A DNA stretch of 64,000 nucleotides, taken from assembly GCA_910577745.1 (NCBI GenBank), contig CAJTNG010000001.1, positions 224,346 to 288,345 of the forward strand, in the 5' to 3' direction. This DNA comes from an uncultured Anaeroplasmataceae bacterium (lineage in GTDB: Bacteria > Bacillota_I > Bacilli_A > Acholeplasmatales > Anaeroplasmataceae). Position 1 is the first letter of the stretch. Each line of letters starts with the position of its first letter. Below are positions 26,648 to 36,826 of the stretch, one piece after another. Below the pieces are notes generated by a model, which did no database searches, had not been told where the DNA came from, and saw only the letters and a list, made by a program, of their open reading frames with translations. The position numbers and the translations under genes are program-made.

Positions 26648-28225
26648 ATGTTAAAAACCGTAAATTTAGGATTACAATATGGTTCTAGAAAACTTTTCGA
26701 GCATGTAGATTTAACCTTTACTAAAGGAAATTGTTATGGAATAATAGGAGCCAATGGGGCAGGAAAATCTACATTTTTAAAAGTATTATCTAAAGAAATA
26801 GAGTCAACCACTGGTGAAGTGATTTTGGATAAGAATGAAAGAATGTCTGTTTTAAAGCAGGACCAAAATGCGTATAATGAAGAAACTGTGGTGAATACGG
26901 TTTTATTAGGACATCCTAGACTTATTGAAATCATGAAGGAAAAGGATGCGTTATATTCTAAAGCAGATTTTTCAGAAGAAGATGGACTTCGTGCTGCAGA
27001 GCTAGAAGGAGAGTTTGCTGAACTTGGAGGCTGGGATGCAGAGTCAGATGCTGTTACCTTATTAAACGGAATTGGTGTCGACGAAGAATATCATTATTGC
27101 TTAATGAAGGATTTAGATGCAAAGCTAAAAATTAAAGTTTTGTTAGCGCAAGCCTTATTTGGTAATCCTGATATATTACTTCTAGATGAGCCAACGAACA
27201 ATTTAGATTATAAATCTACCAGATGGTTAGAAAATTTCTTATTGAATTTTGAAAATACAGTTTTAATCGTTTCACATGACCGTCACTTTTTAAATAATGT
27301 ATGTACACATATTTGTGATGTGGATTTTGGAAAAATAAAATTGTATGTAGGTAACTATGAATTCTGGTATGAATCTAGTCAATTGGCTTTACAACAGGCC
27401 AAAGACCAAAATAAGAAGAGTGAACAAAAGATAAAGGAACTTCAGGAATTTATTGCAAGATTCTCCGCAAATAAATCTAAATCTCGTCAGGCTACTTCTA
27501 GAAAAAAACTATTAGAGAAAATTAAAATTGAAGATATTGAACCATCTTCTAGAAGATATCCTTATATAGGGTTTAAACCGAATCGTGAAGTTGGTAATGA
27601 TATTTTATTTGTAGAAAATTTATCGAAACCAGGTGTATTTGAAAATCTGACATTCTCTATAAATAAAAATGATAAAATAGCTTTCCTGGCGGAAAACTCT
27701 ATGGTCATTACCACTTTATTTAATATATTATCTGGTAAGGATACAGAGTACACTGGAAAATTTAAATGGGGAATTACGACCTCTGTTGGGTTTTTGCCTC
27801 AAGATAACAAAGCATATTTTGATAAAGATTTAAGTTTGGTGGACTGGTTGAGACAGTACTCTAAAGAAGATCAAACCGAAAGCTTTATCCGTGGATGGCT
27901 AGGCAGAATGTTATTCAGTGGAGAAGAATCTTTAAAGAAATGTAATGTTCTTTCAGGTGGCGAAAAGGTAAGATGTATGTTTGCCAAACTGATGCTAGAA
28001 AGTCCAAATATATTGGTATTAGAGGATCCAACCAATCATTTGGATTTGGAATCTATTACGGCTTTAAATGAGGGCATGAAGGCTTATAAAGGAAATATCT
28101 TATTCTCTAGTCACGATGCGGAGCTTTTAGAAACTGTAGCTAATAGAATTATTTCCTTTAAAAAGGATGGTACGATTATTGACAGAATGTCATCCTATGA
28201 AGATTTTTTAGAAACTTATGAATAG
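26648..28225 (+). CDS. ABC-F family ATPase (two ABC domains, no TM; translation-factor type)
   Basis: Two Walker A sites (GANGAGKST and a degenerate second site), two signature motifs, and a basic inter-domain linker QKIKELQEFIARFSANKSKSRQATSRKK. Confidence 0.8.
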   Translation: MLKTVNLGLQYGSRKLFEHVDLTFTKGNCYGIIGANGAGKSTFLKVLSKEIESTTGEVILDKNERMSVLKQDQNAYNEETVVNTVLLGHPRLIEIMKEKDALYSKADFSEEDGLRAAELEGEFAELGGWDAESDAVTLLNGIGVDEEYHYCLMKDLDAKLKIKVLLAQALFGNPDILLLDEPTNNLDYKSTRWLENFLLNFENTVLIVSHDRHFLNNVCTHICDVDFGKIKLYVGNYEFWYESSQLALQQAKDQNKKSEQKIKELQEFIARFSANKSKSRQATSRKKLLEKIKIEDIEPSSRRYPYIGFKPNREVGNDILFVENLSKPGVFENLTFSINKNDKIAFLAENSMVITTLFNILSGKDTEYTGKFKWGITTSVGFLPQDNKAYFDKDLSLVDWLRQYSKEDQTESFIRGWLGRMLFSGEESLKKCNVLSGGEKVRCMFAKLMLESPNILVLEDPTNHLDLESITALNEGMKAYKGNILFSSHDAELLETVANRIISFKKDGTIIDRMSSYEDFLETYE

Positions 28226-28279
28226 GACATAAAAGATGTTCTATTCTTCTGTACAATAAAAGGTAAGGAGGGGGAGTTT

Positions 28280-30409
28280 ATGTTAGATGATTTAAATACG
28301 GCGCAAAGAGAAGCGGTCACCTCTATAGATGGACCAGTTATGGTAATGGCTGGTGCAGGGTCTGGGAAAACTAAGGTGTTGACAGAACGTATAGCTTATA
28401 TAATCGAGCAGGGAATCTCTCCTTATCAGATTCTTGCAGTCACATTTACCAATAAAGCCGCAAGGGAAATGAAAGATAGAGTAGAAGAGCTTGTAAATAT
28501 GGATACGAAATTTATGTGGATTTCCACATTTCATAGTTTCTGTTCCAGATTTTTACGATTGGAAATTGAAGAAGGATTACCTGCATATAATCGTAATTTC
28601 TTAATTATCGATGAAGATGATGCTGTAAAAATAGTTAAAGAAATTTTGAAAAATTTTGCATTGGATGAATTTAAACCAAAAAAGATTTATGATTTGATTT
28701 CAAAAACGAAAAATTTTCCAAACTATCAAATACGGGACTCTTATTTAAAAAATACTTTTCCATCTATCTTTACCCGATATAATGCCTATTTAGTAGAAAA
28801 TAATATGCTGGATTTTGATGATCTTATCATCAAGACCATAGAGCTCTTACAAAAAAATCCTTTAATTTTAGAGAAATATCAGGAGAAATTTCAATATATT
28901 TTAGTTGATGAATTTCAGGATACCAATGATTTGCAGTATAAGTTGATGTTTATGCTTTCTGCAAGATTTCATAATATATTTGTGGTTGGTGATGATTTTC
29001 AGTCTATCTATTCTTTTAGAGGCGCTAAAATTGAAAATATAAAAAAATTTCAAAACGATTTTAGAGAACATAAATTAATTTTACTAGAAGAAAATTATCG
29101 TTCTACGACACAGATTTTGAATCTAGCAAATGTGGTTATTGAACACAATCCGAATCAAATCAAGAAAGTGATGTTTTCTAATAAAAAAGAAGGGCAGGTT
29201 CCATTTTATTACCAGGCAATGAGTGGAAAAAGTGAAGCTATGTATGTGGTAGACAAAATCAAAGAGTTTCACTTGCAAAAGGATAAGTATAGTGATTTTG
29301 CCATCATTTATCGGACCAATTATATTTCAAGAGTTTTTGAAGACACCTTGATAAAATTTCAAATTCCATATAAAATCTATGGAGGATTGTCTTTCTTCTC
29401 TAGAAAAGAAATCAAAGATTTGATTGCTTACTTGCGGATTATTATTCATCCAGAAGATGATTTCTCCTTTTCCAGAATTGTAAATGAGCCAAAAAGAAAA
29501 ATAGGAACATCTATTTTAGAGAAACTGCACCTACACGCTAAGGAACAGGAGTGCTCTTTATATGATGCTATTCCAACTTTTCAAGCAAGCGGAGTAGGAT
29601 ATACTGCTTTAAAGGCTTTTCATCAAATGATTTTCTCTATTAAAGAACAGTTAAACAATATGCCATTAAAAAATGTGGTAGATGTCATCATAGAAGAATC
29701 TGGGTATAAGGCTATGCTTGCGGTAGAAGATCCAGAACATGAACGTTTAGGAAATATTTTTGAGTTTAAGAACGTTTTAAAGGAGACAGATGTAACCGTT
29801 GAGGGAGATAATTTTGATAAATTAAATCAACTTCTAAATGATTTATCCTTAAGAACAGATAATGAAAATGATAGTGATGTAGATGCAGTTGTGCTTACCA
29901 CATATCACCAAGCAAAAGGTTTGGAATTTAAAAATGTTTTCTTGGTGGCTATGGAAGAAGGTATATTTCCCAGTGAGTATCACATAGAAGATTTGGATAT
30001 AGAAGAAGAACGTAGAATCTGCTATGTTGGAGTCACTAGAGCAAAGGATAGACTATACATTACAAATGCGCAAAATAGAATGCTTTATGGAAGAATGGAA
30101 ACCTCCAATCCTTCTAGGTTTATAAAAGAGATGGGCAAAGAACATTTGAAAAATGTAAGTGCAGATTTTTATGAAATATCTTATAAAAAGTTTCAAAGCT
30201 TAAAAGAAGAACTACCTAAAGTTGTACAAAAAACAGATGAACAATATCATGTGGGAGATAAAGTAGAACATAATGTATTTGGAATTGGTGTAATTGTAAC
30301 AGTCGGTAATGATACTTCTATAAAGGTTGCGTTTCCACTTCCGGCTGGTATTAAAACATTGATTAAAAATCATCCCTCTTATCATATTTTAACAAAAGCT
30401 TCTAAATAA
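28280..30409 (+). CDS. pcrA: ATP-dependent DNA helicase PcrA (UvrD family)
   Basis: LNTAQREAV, AGAGSGKTKVLTERIAY, VDEFQDTN, TYHQAKGLEF, VGVTRAKDRLY. The C-terminal Tudor-like tail is present. Confidence 0.85.
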   Translation: MLDDLNTAQREAVTSIDGPVMVMAGAGSGKTKVLTERIAYIIEQGISPYQILAVTFTNKAAREMKDRVEELVNMDTKFMWISTFHSFCSRFLRLEIEEGLPAYNRNFLIIDEDDAVKIVKEILKNFALDEFKPKKIYDLISKTKNFPNYQIRDSYLKNTFPSIFTRYNAYLVENNMLDFDDLIIKTIELLQKNPLILEKYQEKFQYILVDEFQDTNDLQYKLMFMLSARFHNIFVVGDDFQSIYSFRGAKIENIKKFQNDFREHKLILLEENYRSTTQILNLANVVIEHNPNQIKKVMFSNKKEGQVPFYYQAMSGKSEAMYVVDKIKEFHLQKDKYSDFAIIYRTNYISRVFEDTLIKFQIPYKIYGGLSFFSRKEIKDLIAYLRIIIHPEDDFSFSRIVNEPKRKIGTSILEKLHLHAKEQECSLYDAIPTFQASGVGYTALKAFHQMIFSIKEQLNNMPLKNVVDVIIEESGYKAMLAVEDPEHERLGNIFEFKNVLKETDVTVEGDNFDKLNQLLNDLSLRTDNENDSDVDAVVLTTYHQAKGLEFKNVFLVAMEEGIFPSEYHIEDLDIEEERRICYVGVTRAKDRLYITNAQNRMLYGRMETSNPSRFIKEMGKEHLKNVSADFYEISYKKFQSLKEELPKVVQKTDEQYHVGDKVEHNVFGIGVIVTVGNDTSIKVAFPLPAGIKTLIKNHPSYHILTKASK

Positions 30410-30424
30410 TTTAGAAGCATATAT

Positions 30425-30509
30425 GCGGTTATGGCGGAACTGGTAGACGCGTACGTTTGAGGGGCGTATGGGACATCCCGTGTGAGTTCGATTCTCATTA
30501 GCCGCACCA
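30425..30509 (+). tRNA. tRNA-Leu (anticodon GAG)
   Basis: Hand-folded cloverleaf: acceptor GCGGTTA/TAGCCGC, anticodon stem TACGT/GCGTA with loop TTGAGGG, long variable arm, T-arm GTGAG-TTCGATT-CTCAT, and encoded CCA. Confidence 0.85.
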
Positions 30510-30521
30510 TTAAGAAACAAC

Positions 30522-30565
30522 AGTGTTGATACAGTAGAAATACTACAAAATCAACACTTTTTTAA
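30522..30565 (+). terminator. terminator after tRNA-Leu(GAG)
   Basis: AGTGTTGAT pairs with ATCAACACT across a structured loop, followed by TTTTTT. Confidence 0.55.
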
Positions 30566-30722
30566 ATTTTTAGGTAGTTTTGCTAGGGTTCCAATACCTA
30601 GTTTACACGAAAGCACACGATTTAAAGTTTTGATATGTTTAAAGATGTATTTTATTACTTTATAAATCTTTAGGAAATAACTGGATAAGGGGGATTATTA
30701 TCAATTTATTGAGAAAAATGTC

Positions 30723-30751
30723 TTGAATAGAACAATGATGTATGCTATAAT
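30723..30751 (+). promoter_or_regulatory. promoter of the que operon
   Basis: TTGAAT at 30723-30728, 17-nt spacer, TATAAT at 30746-30751. Confidence 0.6.
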
Positions 30752-30769
30752 CAATAAGCAAATTAATAA

Positions 30770-30809
30770 GACAGTTCGTAACCATCCTGTCTATAATTTA
30801 AAACTAAGG
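30770..30809 (+). promoter_or_regulatory. preQ1-I riboswitch aptamer
   Basis: P1 GACAG/CTGTC enclosing a 12-nt loop TTCGTAACCATC, then an A-rich tail TATAATTTAAAACTAAGG. Same architecture as the B. subtilis queC aptamer AGAGG-UUCUAGCUACAC-CCUCU-AUAAAAAACUAAGG. Confidence 0.8.
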
Positions 30810-30823
30810 AATGTGTACTTGTG

Positions 30824-30856
30824 ATGAGGCAACTTTTTTTAGTTGCCTCATTTTTT
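30824..30856 (+). terminator. riboswitch expression-platform terminator
   Basis: ATGAGGCAACT-TTTTTT-AGTTGCCTCAT (11 bp) followed by TTTTT, located 19 nt before the queD start. Confidence 0.75.
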
Positions 30857-30874
30857 AGTTAGGAGTTGATATTT

Positions 30875-31273
30875 ATGCATTCAGTAAAGTGTGAGGGTTC
30901 GTTTGATGCGGCTCATTTTTTGAGCAATTATGAAGGAAAGTGCCGTAATATCCATGGACATAGATGGAGAATTGTTATTGGTGTTAAAGGTAAACTTCAC
31001 AATGGTATGGTTGTTGATTTTAGTGTTTTAAAAGCCAGTATAAATAATCTATGTGAATATTTTGATCACACCTTTATAGTTGAAAAGGATAGTCTTAAAA
31101 AGGAAATTATGGAGATGCTAAAGGAGAACTTTCTTCTTCGTGAAGTGAATTTTAGAACTACTGCTGAAAATTTTGCAAAATATTTTTTTGATAAGATTAA
31201 TGAAGAATATGAGTGCTTGTATGCTGAAGTTTATGAGACTCCTAATAACTGTGCGAGGTACACATGCGAGTAG
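30875..31273 (+). CDS. queD: 6-carboxy-5,6,7,8-tetrahydropterin synthase
   Basis: FDAAHFL...CRNIHGHRW motif, about 130 aa, first gene of the que operon. ATG 30875 behind AGGAG. Confidence 0.85.
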   Translation: MHSVKCEGSFDAAHFLSNYEGKCRNIHGHRWRIVIGVKGKLHNGMVVDFSVLKASINNLCEYFDHTFIVEKDSLKKEIMEMLKENFLLREVNFRTTAENFAKYFFDKINEEYECLYAEVYETPNNCARYTCE

Positions 31274-31914
31274 TTGAAAAGTTTGTAAGCATTAATGGGG
31301 AAGGAATCAAGCAAGGACAACTTTCTGTTTTTATACGTTTTGCATTTTGCAATTTAAGATGTGGATATTGTGATACTCTATATTCCCTTATAAATCCGAA
31401 ATATGAAGAAGAGAGTATAGATAAACTTGTGGAATTTATATTATCTACTGGAGTTAAAAATGTTACGTTGACTGGAGGGGAACCCTTAATTCAGCCAGAC
31501 ATAGGTAAATTATTAGAGACTTTGAGTGAGCTAAATTTAAATGTTGAAATAGAGACAAATGGAAGTGTTAGTATTCTGCCTTTTAAAAATATAAAAAATA
31601 TTTCCTTTACTTTAGATTATAAAACCCCTTATTCTGGTGAAGAAACTAAAATGTATTTAGATAATTATAAATATGTTACCAAAAAAGATGCAGTTAAGTT
31701 TGTTTGTGGAGATAGGAATGATCTCATTAGGTGCAAGGAAATAATTTATGAATATGACTTACAGCATAAAACAAATTGCATTATAAGTCCAGTGTATGGA
31801 ACCATTGAGCTTACAGAAATAGTAAATTTTTTAAAGGAAAATACTTTGAATGATATATGTATGCAGCTTCAAATACATAAATTCATTTGGGACAAGGATA
31901 AAAGAGGTGTATGA
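31264..31914 (+). CDS. queE: 7-carboxy-7-deazaguanine synthase (radical SAM)
   Basis: FVSINGEG...FIRFAFCNLRCGYCDT and LTGGEPL. Confidence 0.85.
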   Translation: MRVVEKFVSINGEGIKQGQLSVFIRFAFCNLRCGYCDTLYSLINPKYEEESIDKLVEFILSTGVKNVTLTGGEPLIQPDIGKLLETLSELNLNVEIETNGSVSILPFKNIKNISFTLDYKTPYSGEETKMYLDNYKYVTKKDAVKFVCGDRNDLIRCKEIIYEYDLQHKTNCIISPVYGTIELTEIVNFLKENTLNDICMQLQIHKFIWDKDKRGV

Positions 31915-31917
31915 TAT

Positions 31918-32463
31918 ATGGATGAGAAGAGGCTTCAAAATGCAATTAAAGAAATTCTAATTGCCATAGGAGATGATCCTTCTAGAGAAGGCTTGCTTGA
32001 TACACCTAAAAGGGCTACTAAAATGTTGGTAGAAATGCTAGAGGGAATGCAGTATACAAATGATGAAATTGCAATGATGTTTGATAAATCTTTTGATGAA
32101 GATTCTTTCATAGATTCTAGGAATATTGTGGTGATAAAGGACATAGAAATCTTTTCATTTTGTGAACATCATATGGCACTAATGTACGATATGACAGTAG
32201 ATATTGCTTACATGCCAAATGGTAGAGTTCTCGGTCTTTCAAAGCTTGCAAGAATTGCGGATATGGTATCTAAGAGATTGCAATTGCAAGAAAGAATAAC
32301 ACAGGATATCTTATATATTATAAAAAAAATCACAAATTCTAACGATATATTTGTTCGCATTAAAGGTTGTCATTCTTGTGTTGCAGCTCGAGGAATCAAA
32401 AAGAAAAGTTTTACAATAACCAAGGCAAAAATTGGAGATATTAAGGAGAGTGAATTAGATTGA
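31918..32463 (+). CDS. folE: GTP cyclohydrolase I
   Basis: REGLLDTPKR, FSFCEHHM and QLQERIT motifs. Confidence 0.85.
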   Translation: MDEKRLQNAIKEILIAIGDDPSREGLLDTPKRATKMLVEMLEGMQYTNDEIAMMFDKSFDEDSFIDSRNIVVIKDIEIFSFCEHHMALMYDMTVDIAYMPNGRVLGLSKLARIADMVSKRLQLQERITQDILYIIKKITNSNDIFVRIKGCHSCVAARGIKKKSFTITKAKIGDIKESELD

Positions 32464-33146
32464 AAATTTTAGTATTATTAAGTGGAGGAGTAGATTCAAC
32501 TACGGCTTTAGCAAAAGCAATTGAAAAAGTTGGCAAAGAGAATGTTATAGCATTAAGTATAATATATGGTCAAAAGCATGATCGTGAGATAAACTCATGT
32601 ATCGAAGTGGCAAAGTTTTATGGGGTTGAGCATTTATATTTAGATTTAACCATGATCTTTAAATATTCAAATTGTTCACTTCTAAAACAGTCTAATGGGA
32701 AAATTCCTTACGAATCGTATGATGAACAAGTAAGAGGTTCAAATGGCACTCCAGTTTCAACCTATGTTCCTTTTCGTAATGGATTGTTTCTTTCGGCTTC
32801 AGCCTCCATTGCTATTTCTAAGGGATGTGACATAATTTATTATGGCGCCCATTCTGATGATGCCTGTGGCAATGCCTATCCAGATTGTAGTCCGGAGTTT
32901 ACAAATTTTATGAATAAGGCCATTTATATTGGTAGCGGAAATCAAGTTCATGTAGAAGGACCATTTGTAAATTGTAGTAAAAAAGATATAGTAAAAGAAG
33001 GCTTAAGGTTACATGTGCCATATAATCTAACATGGAGCTGTTATGAAGGACGTGAGAAAGCTTGTGGTAAATGTGGGACGTGTATAGATAGGAAGCACGC
33101 ATTTAAAGAAAATGGGATGGAAGACCCAATAGAATATGAGGAATAA
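32460..33146 (+). CDS. queC: 7-cyano-7-deazaguanine synthase
   Basis: TTG start overlapping the folE stop. [12 protein letters not shown]-loop and a C-terminal zinc cluster CGKCGTC. Confidence 0.85.
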   Translation: MKILVLLSGGVDSTTALAKAIEKVGKENVIALSIIYGQKHDREINSCIEVAKFYGVEHLYLDLTMIFKYSNCSLLKQSNGKIPYESYDEQVRGSNGTPVSTYVPFRNGLFLSASASIAISKGCDIIYYGAHSDDACGNAYPDCSPEFTNFMNKAIYIGSGNQVHVEGPFVNCSKKDIVKEGLRLHVPYNLTWSCYEGREKACGKCGTCIDRKHAFKENGMEDPIEYEE

Positions 33147-33148
33147 TT

Positions 33149-33631
33149 ATGAATCGCACTAATGAAAATTTGAAAATTTTGGGAGCAAAAACAAAATACA
33201 GTATGAATTATGCTCCAGAGGTTTTAGAAACCTTTACTAATAAGCATCAGGACAATGATTATTTTGTTAAATTTAATTGTCCAGAATTTACATCTTTATG
33301 TCCTATTACAGGACAACCTGATTTTGCAACTATTTACATTTCATATATACCCGATGTAAAGATGGTGGAATCAAAATCTTTAAAATTATATTTATTTAGT
33401 TTTCGTAATCATGGTGATTTTCATGAGGATTGTGTGAATATTATTATGAAGGATTTAATTCAGCTTATGAATCCTAGATACATTGAGGTATGGGGGAAGT
33501 TTACTCCACGAGGTGGCATTTCAATTGACCCCTATTGCAATTATGGCAAGAAAGGCACTAAATTTGAACAAATGGCTGAACAGCGTCTTTTTTGGCATGA
33601 TATGTATCCTGAGAAGGTGGATAATAGATAA
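33149..33631 (+). CDS. queF: NADPH-dependent 7-cyano-7-deazaguanine reductase (type I)
   Basis: [15 protein letters not shown] and [19 protein letters not shown] motifs, 160 aa. Confidence 0.85.
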   Translation: MNRTNENLKILGAKTKYSMNYAPEVLETFTNKHQDNDYFVKFNCPEFTSLCPITGQPDFATIYISYIPDVKMVESKSLKLYLFSFRNHGDFHEDCVNIIMKDLIQLMNPRYIEVWGKFTPRGGISIDPYCNYGKKGTKFEQMAEQRLFWHDMYPEKVDNR

Positions 33632-33788
33632 GTATGTACTTTGGAAGTACCATATTAATGCTTACGAATAAATGAGTTAGTTGTAGAGAAGGCAGAATAT
33701 AATTGATTGTCAAAAGCAGATTATTGAAAAAAAGAGGAATAACATAAATCCTGTATGCTATCATATAAATTTTAATTAACTCTTTGAA

Positions 33789-33819
33789 GTTAGTAGAATC
33801 GTTTCTACTAACCTTTTTT
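33789..33819 (+). terminator. rho-independent terminator about 160 nt after queF
   Basis: GTTAGTAGAA-TCGT-TTCTACTAAC followed by CTTTTTT. Confidence 0.6.
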
Positions 33820-33935
33820 ATTTTCAAATATCAGTTTATTCCTCGTAAGTTAAACAATGTCGTTTAATTAATTGTTATACACTATCAAATAGTTTAAATA
33901 AGATGTATAATATAGTTAGTATAGGAGTTGTTTTT

Positions 33936-35957
33936 ATGAAAAAGAACACAAAGAGAAAAGATAAAAAATTACATCATAAAAAGTTATGGTTTGTTTTAGG
34001 GAGTATACTAGGGCTTGTACTAGTAATTGGTATTACCTTGATAACTTATGTTAATATATACTATTCTGCAGATGCTTATGCAAAAGAAGCACTAACATCA
34101 GATGATGTCGTAGAAGTGTATCGAGAAAAAGAATATTATATTTTTGAGCCTAAGGCTTATGATACAGGGATTATTTTTTATCCAGGAGGAAAAGTAGATG
34201 CTGTAGCATATGCACCAATATTAAAACAGTTGGCATATGAAGGAATTTTGTGTATTCTTTGTGAAATGCCTTATCGTTTGGCAGTTTTAGATGTGAATGC
34301 GGCAGATGGACTGCAGGAGAGATTTGACGTTGACACTTGGTATATGGCAGGGCATTCCTTAGGAGGATCTATGGCTGCATCTTATATATCTAAGCATAGT
34401 GAGGATTATGCAGGACTAATCTTACTTGCCTCCTATTCTACCATAGATTTATCTAATACAGAGTTAAATGTTTTATCCATATATGGAGAATTGGATGGCG
34501 TTTTGAATAAGAAAAAATATGAGAGCAATCTTTCTAATCTTCCCAATACCTATAAGGAATATATGATACAAGGTGGGTGCCATGCCTATTTTGGGTCTTA
34601 TGGAGTGCAAAAGGGAGATGGAACCCCAACAATTACAAATGAACAGCAAATCAAAGAAACTGTTTCATTCATATTAAATAATATAGTTTCAAATGAACTG
34701 GTAACTTATAAGGAATCTATAGAGGAGTTTTCAAATCCTGATTGCGGATTTTATGAACCAGTGTATGTTCAGTGCAATCTAGATCGTGTTTCCAATGTAA
34801 ATCCTATGCTTTTAAAATATAATGCATTATTGCATTTAAGAATAGACATAGCTGCATTTAGTGGTAAAGTGAATGGTAAGGAAGACATAGAATTTACAAA
34901 AGAAATGTTGAATGGACTAGATGAGTTATTTCAGAGAATGAATGAAGCCTCTTGCTGTGTAATCCTACGCTTTTCATATGATCCAGGGTTTAATGGAGCT
35001 AAAGATATGGAGCCTGAAATCTCAATGGTGGTAAACCATATAGAATCTTTAAAAAACTTATTTACTAAATATGAAAAAATGATTACAGCAATAGAATGTG
35101 GACTTGTTGGTCCTTGGGGAGAAATGCATTCTAGTAAAATTGCCAACCAACAAACCTATAATATATTAATTGACTCCTATTTAAAGGTGTTACCATCTAC
35201 AATAAAACTTTTAGTAAGACGTCCTAAATTTCTATATAGTTATTATGGATATTCATTATCCTCATTAAATGATTTTTCAATCAAGGATTGTCGTCTAGGG
35301 GTTTATAATGATGGATATTTAGGATCAGAAAATGATTTAGGAACCTACGAGGATCGTGAAAAAGAAGTAGCATGGTTAAGCAAGGTCAATATTGATACTC
35401 CTTATGGGGGAGAAGTAACTGTGCCTGGAAGTAGCTATAATGAATTAAACCATGCAGTGGAGGAAATGTTTCAGCTTCATTTAAGTTATCTAAATTTAAG
35501 ATGGAATGATCAGGTGATAAAGCGTTGGAAGGATACAAAATACACAGGAACTGATTCACTCTATAAGAATAGTACAGAATATAGCTATATTAAAAACCAT
35601 TTGGGCTATCGCCTTATTTTAAAGAATTTGAGATATCATGAGAACAATAGTACATTAAATCTTAATCTCAATGTGAATAACGTAGGATTTGGCAATCTTC
35701 TTAAATCTAAAAATGCTTATATTGTTTTTCAAAACGAAGAACATACCTATGCATTTAAATTTGAAAATGTAGATATCAACAACTTGATTTTTAAAATTGA
35801 TAAGAAGAATATAAGTAGAGGGACATATAAGGTTTATTTTGTTTTAGCGGATGACTTTACAGAAAGTGGAACAAGGAGCATACGATTTGGAAATCAAGAT
35901 ATTTGGGATGAAACCATAAAAGGAAATATAATCTTTAATAGCTTTAATATAGAGTAA
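33936..35957 (+). CDS. membrane-anchored fusion: alpha/beta hydrolase with a DUF4874/DUF4832-like (glycosidase-like) region
   Basis: N-terminal TM anchor. Hydrolase motifs IIFYPGGKVDA and AGHSLGGSMAA. C-terminal region with ECGLVGPWGEMH, recalled from the DUF4874/DUF4832 pair. ATG 33936 behind AGGAG. Confidence 0.5.
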   Translation: MKKNTKRKDKKLHHKKLWFVLGSILGLVLVIGITLITYVNIYYSADAYAKEALTSDDVVEVYREKEYYIFEPKAYDTGIIFYPGGKVDAVAYAPILKQLAYEGILCILCEMPYRLAVLDVNAADGLQERFDVDTWYMAGHSLGGSMAASYISKHSEDYAGLILLASYSTIDLSNTELNVLSIYGELDGVLNKKKYESNLSNLPNTYKEYMIQGGCHAYFGSYGVQKGDGTPTITNEQQIKETVSFILNNIVSNELVTYKESIEEFSNPDCGFYEPVYVQCNLDRVSNVNPMLLKYNALLHLRIDIAAFSGKVNGKEDIEFTKEMLNGLDELFQRMNEASCCVILRFSYDPGFNGAKDMEPEISMVVNHIESLKNLFTKYEKMITAIECGLVGPWGEMHSSKIANQQTYNILIDSYLKVLPSTIKLLVRRPKFLYSYYGYSLSSLNDFSIKDCRLGVYNDGYLGSENDLGTYEDREKEVAWLSKVNIDTPYGGEVTVPGSSYNELNHAVEEMFQLHLSYLNLRWNDQVIKRWKDTKYTGTDSLYKNSTEYSYIKNHLGYRLILKNLRYHENNSTLNLNLNVNNVGFGNLLKSKNAYIVFQNEEHTYAFKFENVDINNLIFKIDKKNISRGTYKVYFVLADDFTESGTRSIRFGNQDIWDETIKGNIIFNSFNIE

Positions 35958-36277
35958 AATATAAAAAAAGAATATTGAATTTATAATATAGAGATTTTTT
36001 AATACTATCTAAATGTGATGGTTTTTGGGTGTCGTGGAAATTTAATAAAGTATGGCTATTACTTTAATGATGATTTTAAGACATTTTTAAATAAGCTGGG
36101 CATATTAAAATATAGTTTATGTTTTTTTTGAATTTGGGAAGATTTCTTTTGGAGAATAGGAATTAAGTTTACTCTTTCTAATCCAGAGAAGTTATTACCA
36201 AGCTGGTTATGTTATATGCATTAAATCATTTTATATGGTATAATGAATTATTCAAATTATAATTCATGGAGAAGAAT

Positions 36278-36790
36278 ATGAAATTTTTAGATTCTAATTT
36301 ATTTTATCCTCATTTTAGTAAAAAATTTGATTATGATTTATGGAAAAAGAAATTACAAGCTGCTGAAATGAAATATGAGGAATACTTAAGTAATTGCAAA
36401 AAGGATATTGATCAGGAATTGTTGAAAATCTATGAGTTGACAAACCATTTTCATGACTATAATTTTCGTAAAATAATTTTTCATGCAAATAAAATTTTTT
36501 CTTGCAAAGATAAGGTGGATATTATAGAGATGCGTTTTTTCTCTAAAGATGCAAATATCATTTCACTATACTTAAAAGATATTATTAGTTTTTCAATGCA
36601 TATGAACCAATTGAATTTTAAGGAACAAGAACGTATAGGGTTAGAGGATATAGTCTTGTGTGAAATAGGCTATGAAAAAAAATGTAGCTTTATTAATTTA
36701 CATATGATATCAGGAGCAGAAATTTCCATCTATTTTAAAAATGCAAAATTTAAAATAAAATCCTTGAAGTCTTTACCTGTTGGAATTTAA
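36278..36790 (+). CDS. hypothetical protein
   Basis: Clean ORF with GGAG 6 nt before ATG 36278. No confidently recognised domain. Confidence 0.4.
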   Translation: MKFLDSNLFYPHFSKKFDYDLWKKKLQAAEMKYEEYLSNCKKDIDQELLKIYELTNHFHDYNFRKIIFHANKIFSCKDKVDIIEMRFFSKDANIISLYLKDIISFSMHMNQLNFKEQERIGLEDIVLCEIGYEKKCSFINLHMISGAEISIYFKNAKFKIKSLKSLPVGI

Positions 36791-36826
36791 AATAAAAAAG
36801 TATAATACAGATCAGGAAGTGATGGT

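Noticed and set aside
26648-28225. ABC-F protein as a possible antibiotic-resistance (ARE) factor.
   Set aside because: The linker is short and typical of housekeeping ABC-F proteins. No resistance-gene context or leader attenuator is visible. This cannot be decided without phylogeny.
28280-30409. UvrD-family helicase as a possible defence component (GajB-like).
   Set aside because: It is a full-length PcrA with all helicase motifs and the C-terminal tail. It sits in housekeeping context (glnS, ABC-F, tRNA) and has no nuclease partner.
33558-33827. 89-aa minus-strand ORF (and 33483..33671 on plus) after queF.
   Set aside because: The TTG start lies inside the terminator hairpin. The ORFs overlap the queF 3' end, and there is no RBS.
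36016-36132. 38-codon ORF (VMVFGCRGNLIKYGYYFNDDFKTFLNKLGILKYSLCFF) in the 308-nt spacer, which reads like a gene fragment.
   Set aside because: It is too short and has no start signals. I cannot tie it to any family without a search.
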